64,000 nt of DNA, from NCBI GenBank assembly GCA_020137815.1, contig CM035357.1, positions 806,001-870,000 on the forward strand. The letters are read 5' to 3'. This document shows, one piece after another, positions 12,901-21,900 of this stretch. Source of the DNA: Hormiphora californensis. Taxonomy: Eukaryota > Animalia > Ctenophora. The translations under genes and the position numbers were made by a program. A model generated the notes under the pieces. It made no database searches, was not told the DNA's origin, and saw only the letters and a list, made by a program, of their open reading frames with translations. The first letter of the stretch is position 1, and each line of letters begins with the position of its first letter.

Positions 12901-15900
12901 GGGAACATGGTCAAACAGGCGCTCAAAAAGGGCGTTTGTCGCATCCGTATGGTATACTGCACTGGCCCCCACTGGGGGGGGGGGGGGGTAAATGAACTTC
13001 TCGCGTCGGACTTAATTGTTTCAGAGTCATGATTTGTTATGACTGGGGATATTTTTCATGCTGGGGGCTGTGCCCCCAGACCCCCCTAAGGCCACGGGGC
13101 ACTTGCCAGTGCAGTGATATATAGTACAAAGATATTTCTTATCCCGGCAGGATTCAAACCGCATTCATTTAGTACAAATATATTGCTTATCCCGGCAGGA
13201 TTCAAACCGCCTCCATCCAATATTTAGGTGCCGGCAGGCACCTCCGACCCGAAGAAAACAGCAAAAAACGAAAAAAAGACCCAAAAATGCCGGCCCTATT
13301 AAGAACAAAGAAAGGTCTTTTTTTTGGGGGGGGGGGGGGGGCAAAAAACATGTCAACGATTGTGGCCACACCGTTTGAGATATCGACTTGAAATTTTGTA
13401 GGCATGTTCTTGTAGTATTCCTTTGTGTCATGACGTTGGCGGATTTTTGAATTTTTTCCCTGCCCGGGTGAATGCCGAAGGCATTCACCCGGATGCCTTT
13501 TTACTTTGTAAAAAGGCATAGCAGGGTTAGAATTCGAAAACGACATTTTGGCATACTAACTAATCGGTAGAGGGACATTTTTTGGTCACACTTTCGTTGC
13601 GAGGGCAACGGTGTAGCAACTAGAGCCGCGCGCACAGTGACGAGCTACTCCTTCATCAAACACCTCATTGACACAGTTTGATGGACGTGTGTGCGCGCCA
13701 CTCAACAAAACATGAAATGCTCTGCCGCGCGTTTCGCGTGTTACATACACATTTTCATCTTTCGAGTCGAGTGTGAGATGTTAGATAAGTAGTTAAGTTG
13801 GAATGTCAAAAGCTGGTTAGCAAGTGTCATGTGATTGGGAGTTAGCTAACTCTAAGCTATGTGAGAAGTATACTGACAGCTAGATCGTATGCATCTCACA
13901 TTACATTATGACCAAGCCTTGATCCTGTTGGCAGTGACAATGTCACTGACATGTGAAACGGTAGGGCAGGGAAACACAGCATTATGAATACATAATGCAA
14001 TAATTCTTGTTAATTAATTAATTAATTATAGGTAATTAAAAACGGTGCAAGGGCACCGTGCCCCTGCACATTGCGTGTTATGTCCCTTGCACCGCGCCCT
14101 TGCACCAAATTCTATTTTCCGTTCTGCTTAAAATATCGACTTGAAACTTTGTAGGAATGTTCTTCAATCATAAAAGATGATGTTCGAAAAGTGGGAATAG
14201 TCAAAATTAATTAATTAGTTAGTTAGAGCCGTGCAAAAAATGGAATTTGGTGCAAGGGCAGGCAATGTGCAAGGGCAAATGGTGCAAGGGCAGCCCTTGC
14301 ACCAATTTTATGATCGAACTGTGTCCACACCGTTTAATATTTTGACACGAAACTTTCTATGCATGTTCTAGTAGCATAACTACGAGTACTAGAAGAGCCG
14401 TATGATTAATATATCAATTAGGTAATTAATTATAGGCAAATTAATTAAAATTTGCCCCTGCACAATTTGTGCAAATTTCCCCTGAACATGTGCCCTTGCA
14501 CCATTTTGTTTGCGCATGCACTAAATTATATTTTCCGTTCTGCTTAAAATATCGACTTGAAACTTTCTAGGAATGTTCTTCATGCATAAAACATATAATA
14601 TAATGTACAGAAAGTGGGAATAGTCAAAATTAATTAATTAATTACTTAGAGATTAATTTTGGGGTGGCCCCTGCACAATTTTGGCAAATTTGATATTCAA
14701 ACTTTGAGCCTTTGTGAAAGTAATGAAAATTATTTATTTCAGGTTATGATGAACAATAAGCTATAAAAACGCCCCTTTTTGTTACACAAGCCTGTGCTTG
14801 GTATCGAAGACACCTCACACTCTGTCGCCGGGCGACCTTCGCGTGCACACGCTGGCAAGGGGTAACTTCGTAACCAAAGCCTGTGCATTGTGCATAATGA
14901 AATGGATAAATTTTCATCCAGTTGCTGGTGATAGAACTCGATAGAGTTCGATTGATTTACCATGACAACGGAGTTGGTTACCATACTAACCAGAGAATTC
15001 GTTGTAAAATAGTCCTTTCTTGCTATAAACTCGGCCTTTAGATAGAAAATTGATTTTATTCTACTCGCACTAATGCAAGGGCATTTCACAGTTTGGTGCC
15101 GTTATTTTTGTCTCTATTTTTAATAGGATTTTGGGATTAGACTGAAAGTATGGGATCATTTGAGAAGTAGTGAAGATTTGAAAATGTTAGCAACTTGCCG
15201 GTTCGACAAACTAAACCCATATGATTCCAACTTCGGGTCGGACGAGGGGAAGCTTGCCTTTTGCGAACATATTACTTATCCCTCACCAGGATTCAAACCG
15301 CCTCCTCACGCGAGAGTGATGTCATCAGCACCAACCTCCGGTGTTTGTTCTGTGGAGAGGGTCTCTTTGAGGACGTGACGTCACGTGTCATTGGAGAGAG
15401 GGTTGAAGCAAGTATCGGAGTCAAGGGAGAGGGATATTTCGTGACACAGACCATCAAGATGATTGTCAGGGATGAACTTATACAAAACTTGTTTTTAGGT
15501 AAACTATCAACTGATTCAGTCGTCATTTCATTACACATCTGGTAAGAAAGGATTGTTTCTCTTAACTCAGGAAAGTATTTCGCCCTCATCCCCCAGCAAA
15601 GTATTTTCCACTCACCCCTCGTCCCCCAGTAAATTTGTTCCACCACCCCGCATCCCCCAGTAAATGTGTTCCCCGGCCATTCCTCACCCCCAGTTAATTT
15701 GTTCCCCTCATCTCAAACTAAATTTATTCCCCTCACCCCAAGGTGACAGTGTAGCTGTGGTTGGTCTGTACTCAACCAAACACAGTGGGGAGAGTGTCTA
15801 CAGAATACTAGATGTCCTTTCCGTTACCCCCATCACGGTTCCAGTTCCTTGCCTCCTTCCCGGATCACTGAGAGATATCTGCGAGGCACGGAATAGGTCA

Positions 15901-18900
15901 CCATGGCAACTCCTCTCCTTGCTAGCATACTGTATCACACCTGCCGACACACCACAGGGTACTATACAGATTAGTAAAGACTTTACATATATGTATTTTT
16001 TAAAAAACCCGGTAGTGACACCACATTTTATCTCACTCTTTCATTCAAATTTCAATACGTATTTCCCCCACATAGTAGAGTCGATAACTACATCGACCTC
16101 TCCCAATTGTTCCAGTTTTTGTTACATCAGTTTGGAGCCTCGACACGATCTCTAAACAGGTGTTACTTTTTCACAAACTGTTTTCATCTTGGTGTAATCA
16201 GCAGTTGAAATGTTGTTGATAATAACAAAAACCTGACTAAATTTTTTCGACTTGGGGTAAAACCATGGGTGTCAAAAGTTAGCTCTAGGTCCCCTGAGTA
16301 ACCATCCGGAGACTCCAAGAGATATTTCAAGCCGTTCTCCTGTAATCATTAATCCCGGTAGAGCATATTTGAGTATGGACGTACGTGCAATTGCCTACAA
16401 CCTCAACTTTAATGTATAACGTTAATGTGCGTCTCTCTCTTTTCTCCCCCTTGAGAAAGAGTTATCTCGCGCGGCGCAACCGCACGTGCGGTTTTTCCAG
16501 AGAGAGTGAGAGACATACAATAACATGTAAATAGCCTGCCAGCGCTCACGTACGTCCGCATTGTATTTTTTCTCCACCGGGATTAATGATTACGGGAGAA
16601 CGGCTTGAAATATCTCTTAGAGTCTCTTTTGACACCCATGGTTTTACCCCAAGTTGAAAAAATTTAGTCAGGTTTTTGTTATGATCAGCAACACTTCAAC
16701 TTTTATTGTGAAAAAGTTAGAACGGGAAAATTTATAAATCATAACGAGCTCATAGGGCTCCACCAACAGGGTAAAAACCCGCGGTTACAGGCGGCACCCT
16801 CAGGACACACCTTAACAGAGTCTATTAAAATTACTATACGGTAATTTTGTAAAATACACACAGAAACACAAGTCCATGAAAAATCTCTCAGCCCGTGCTG
16901 TCTCCCAAACACTGCCACCGTGTACACCGAAGAGTTGGGCAGGCGAGGTGAGTTGACGAGTTGACGAAGATGTGTTGCAGCTGGTATGCCAGCAGGATAC
17001 AGGTAGAGGTCAAAAGAACCACTGAGCGCATGTATATGGAGGAGGTAACATAGGGGGGGGGGGGGGGGGGTAATTAGAAATTAAACCTAGTCACCAAGAG
17101 AGTTGAAAATGTGGCATTTGAAACGTAAACAAAAGCTATCATACGAAGTAGCTTGTCTAATCTCATATGGGATAGAATTCCATGCTTTAACAGATCGGTA
17201 GAAAAAACTGTTACGGAAAGTACTGGTGCAAGGGTCAACAGTACACTTGATAGTTGTAGTATCGACCCCGTCAACAATATCTTTATTCAGTCTAGACCTG
17301 TAAGAGTAATCCGTAGGGAGAATATAACAAATATAACCCGGGAGGCCGTACGGAGCTAGGCCATGGATAATCTTGAATAAAAGTTTCATATCGTTGAAAT
17401 AAAATTGCTCACGAATGGGTAAAATACGAAGAGTCACTAGTTTATCGTAATAATCACGCTCACTCCAACTATCAAGGGGGCTAACACCATACACCCACTT
17501 AATGCATCTTTTTTGAGCAGCCTCCAGATCATTGAGAACACCCACGTGGTGTGGGGTCCAGATTGGAGAGCAGTGCTCAAGAAATGAGCGCACCAGGGTA
17601 ACATAGAGGGTACGTTTTTGGTGAGGGTTTACAATCATATACATAGTTCTACGTAATAAGTTAAATCTGTCAGTAAACTTACCAAGAATGTACTGACAAT
17701 GGTACCTCCAGTCGAGATCCCGGCATACATAGATACCGAGATCTCGCTGAATATCCACATTATCGAGCACAACTCCGGCAAGTTTGTAGGAGTAAAGATA
17801 GAAAGGTAGCTGACTCCAAGTGGCAACCCAATAGCTCGTTCGGGTAGAGACTACCTTACACTTACCCGGGTGAAACACCATCTTATTGGTAACTGCCCAA
17901 GATTGTAGACAATCTACTGTGAACTGCAAATCCAAGTGTTCCTGCAGGCAGGCAACCTTACTCCATACTTTCAGGTCATCTGCATACAACAGCATTTTGG
18001 TGTTACCTACGAGGCACTCAGTGATGTCGTCAATAAACATAACAAATAGAAGCGGCCCTAGCAAACTACCCTGGGGAACACCACTAAGAACAGAGAGAAA
18101 AGAAGAAAAACACCCTCCTACAACCACTCTTTGAGTTCTACCCATAAGATACACCCTGATTAATCCCAGAAGTTTGCCATCAATACCAAATCTATTACGG
18201 ATTTTACTCAGAATCAAGTCGTGATTAACTGAATCAAACGCCTTGGAGAAATCAAAATATATAATATCGGTAGCAACTCTCTCATTATCATTAGAAATCA
18301 AATCATCGAGGAACAGGACGAGTTGAGTCAGACACGACCTACCAGGTAGGAAACCATGCTGTCTACTGTCAAGCTTACTAATACAAACGCTAAGTAAACG
18401 GTTATAAATCAATCTCTCTAGGATCTTCATAATGATACAAGTAAGCGATATAGGTCTGTAATTGCGCACATCCTTGGTGTCCCCCGACTTATGTACAGGC
18501 ACCACATTAGCAGCTTTCCAGATGTTGGGAAGAGCAGAACTATTGTATGCCTGGTTATAAAGTATCGAGAGGGGATGCGCCAAGGGACCAGCACATTCCT
18601 TATAGATAACGCTATGAATGTCGTCAGGGCCTGCAGCTTTGCGAGCATTAAGCTTAGACAAAACATCGTAAATCTCACTAGCACTGAACTCCATAACGTA
18701 ACCATTATCCGTAATATCCGGTAACACACTATAATCACTAGCGGTAGAAAAATTAGATGCAAAACACTCGTTAAATAAGTTAGCTTGCTCAACCCCACTA
18801 GATCTAAAAACCTCTCCATTGTTAACAATAGGTGGAATACGTGTGGTCTTAGAGTTAACCTTGACCTGGCCCCAGAAGCGCTTGCTAACGCTGTCTCTGT

Positions 18901-21900
18901 TGTCCATGTCAAGGCTCCCCCTGAGCTTCACATCCTCCAGACGCTTCAAACTTGCCCTGGCGGCCTTCCAATTACTCAGGTCAATCTCACTACCGGTCCT
19001 TTTGGCTCTAAGTCTAAGATTCTCCTTTCTCTTTCTGGCATGCTCCCACTCCATATCGCGTCCAAGAGGTGCAAGCGATGGCTTGGTAATCTTGGTCGGG
19101 ATATGAGTCTCGGAGAGATCATTAATGAGACTGTGGAAAGCATCCCAGTTAGAGTGGATATCTCCGGACAGGACCCTCAACCAGTCAATAAAACTAAGAT
19201 CAGCTTTAAAGCCCTCCCAGTTAGCCAAATCAAAACACTTGATCTTCCTACGAACAACAGTAGTACGCTTCACATCAAAATTAATATTAAACGATATAGC
19301 AAAATGGTCACTGAGGCAGAGCTCATGCTGATCATGTATACTAATATTTGACACACACCTGGGATCATTAGAGAAAAGCAAATCTAAAGTATTACCCTTG
19401 CAGTGAGTGGGGGAATTAATGAACTGTGAATGACCGAGGTCACCCATCAGATAAGAGAGAAAGAGTTCCTCCACTCCACTGCGTGGCTGGGCCTCAGGCC
19501 AAATAATTCCAGGAAAGTTGAAATCACCAATGATAACATGCATACAGAACTTTCTACTCTGGAATAAAATATCAAAATGCTCTTTAAAAGAATTAAAATT
19601 AACAGAACCAAGATTTCCTACCCTGTAAAAAGTAGAGATACAGAGCTTCTTGCCGGAGGGAAAAGAAAGAAAAATAGATAGAAGCTCCGCTCTCACGCTG
19701 ACCTTAGAAAACTTAAAGCTAGAAACATCTAAGTCCTCTTTATGGGCAATGAGCACCCCACCCCCGTTCCTCCTAAACTTTCTAGGGTTCGATGGATCAT
19801 GGGGATGAGATTGCTCACTCCTGTCAACACGATAAACTTTAAAATTACGGGGGAAAATACAAGAAGAGCTAATTTTAACTTTCAGCCAGGTCTCGTTGAA
19901 GATAACGATGTCAAAATCATGTCGGTAGACAAAATCCCGGATCTCACCAACCTTAGTCATATCCAGAGGGGGCGAGTCAGAGTCTAAGTGACCTGTTCTC
20001 ACCAGCCCCTGGACATTATTATACAATACTTTAAGCTGTCTGGGACCGGGGTTTTGAATAGAGACATTGGATATAACTACTAGCATGAGGTTAATAATAG
20101 ATAAGGGGAAAGGGGGACATGCGCTCAGTGGCAGACATACCTCATCGTAGCAGCTGCAACAGTACCTCCGCCGTCCCGTCACACCGTCACCCGCGTCAAC
20201 ATTCATAAACATAGTCATGGCAGTGAGAGGGAAAGGGCAGGCAGGTGTTAGTAAATCATTATAAATATCGACCAGCACAAGAGAGTGCATATTATGATAG
20301 AATCATAATTACACTCTCAAGGTTCGAAAAATCAACAATATTAATTAATTACCAATCACACATAAAAATTCCAATATCACGTATACAGATAAGCAACCAA
20401 GTAGTTAGTACAGACGAAAAGTGGGTTATCAGGATAAACACAACCTTTAAATAAGATAAGACTGAGTATATAAGTAGGAATACAAGAAGGATAACTGTGT
20501 GAGAAAATATATAAAAATACGCACTGTCATGACAATCACTCTCACAAAAGCTGCTCCTCGCTGATGATGTTGTGTCGAATGTCCTCAGTGCCATCCTCTT
20601 TCTTGATCTTCACAGTGAAAAGGTGGTGCCCCGAAAAGTAAGCCCATAAAACCCCAGGTACATTCTCAAGTGCTTCCTTCCTCTCCACAAGTCCTCTAGA
20701 CATCCTGTGAAAAATGCCTCCACTCTTCTTCCCCGTCTGGTGATAAGTAATACGGTTTCTAATCTTACCCCTGTTGTCCTTTGTCATGATGGTGTCTTTC
20801 AGACTCGCCCTGAGAAACACAACAGTGACAGTCCGCGGCTTGCCCTTGTCCTTGCCACGTCGCGGAGCATTGCGGTGGCAAATGCTCAAGTCAGTAGGTC
20901 CTATGTTGGTATGGGCTACCGAGAGAGTGTCAAGGACCTGTTCTTGTAAGTCAGCTGCGGTCTCCTCACTGCCAGGATCCTGTAGTCCGGAGATGATCAC
21001 TGTGTTTCGACCAGAGTATGCTTCAGATCGGAGGTGCCTTTCCTCATGGGCTCTGATGTGATCCTCAATCTCTACACCCCTGGTTCCACTGACACCTTCC
21101 TTCCTGTCTGATTCAAGACGGTCCATGCGTTCCGAGAGACTGGCTACCTGATTAGACAACTCTAATCTCAACTTCCTCTCAGCATGGAACTCACCAATCA
21201 TGCCAAGCAGCAACTGGGCGGTATCAGCACCAGGCAAAAGAGCACATAACTGGTCGGTCGTAGTAATTTGGGCACCAGCATCAGAGCAGAGAAAATTAAT
21301 ACCAGTTGACGTGGTAGTACTATCAAGCGTCACAGTGGCGGGAGGAGTACCAGCAGGTTCATTGTTAGCAAGATGTTTGGCATTTAAGCGTGTAGCGTGG
21401 TCGTGCTGAGTCATGTCTGCCTACCCAAACCCTACCCCTCTAACTCAACTTGAAAAAATTCAAATTGAAAAGTCCGTTGGAGATAGATGATCGCAAGATG
21501 CTATCAGCTATCGGCAGATATTGGAAGAGCAACGTTAGCTGAGAGAAAGATATGGATATGAGAAAGATTACACCAAGATGAAAACAGTTTGTGAAAAAGT
21601 AACACCTGTTTAGAGGTCGTGTCGAGGCTCCAAACAGATGTGACAAAAACTGGAACAATTGGGAGAGGTCGATGTAGTTATCGACTCTACTAACAGGTGC
21701 ATTTCACACATTGAAGCAGCTCCTTCTCCTGGCCCTAATCAGGACCCCAGCCCCCATCACCAGTCCAACCTCCCCACTATTCCTGGGCACGGCCCACCCA
21801 CGACACACCCCAACCTTGAATATTCTGGTACAAGCACGAGACACACGGGCAGTAGCTAGGGTACTGGATCACCTCGCCAGTCTTGCACCTCTAGCTGTGA

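Larger units (their letters stand above)
16702..21565 (-). mobile_element. Full-length CR1/L2-group non-LTR retrotransposon
   Basis: 5' UTR, ORF1, ~250-bp spacer, ORF2, and a 3' UTR ending aataaa. Inserted in the MITE right arm with ~3-bp target deletion and no TSD. Confidence 0.9.
16073..21692. mobile_element. Foldback MITE (~755 bp; 16073-16701 plus 21566-21692) with 3-bp TSD ACA, split by a LINE
   Basis: aca|tagtagagtcgataactacatcgacc... and ...ggtcgatgtagttatcgactctacta|aca. The left arm continues and pairs with 16550-16701. The empty site cccccacag is visible in copy A (410-418). Confidence 0.9.

Noticed and set aside
17153-21409. Plus-strand ORFs of 60-190 aa over the LINE
   Set aside because: Antisense shadows of ORF1/ORF2 with no independent signatures.
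16073-21692. A new class of TIR-bounded retrotransposon
   Set aside because: The left arm pairs continuously with 16550-16701 plus 21566-21692, so the LINE simply interrupts the right arm of a pre-existing MITE.
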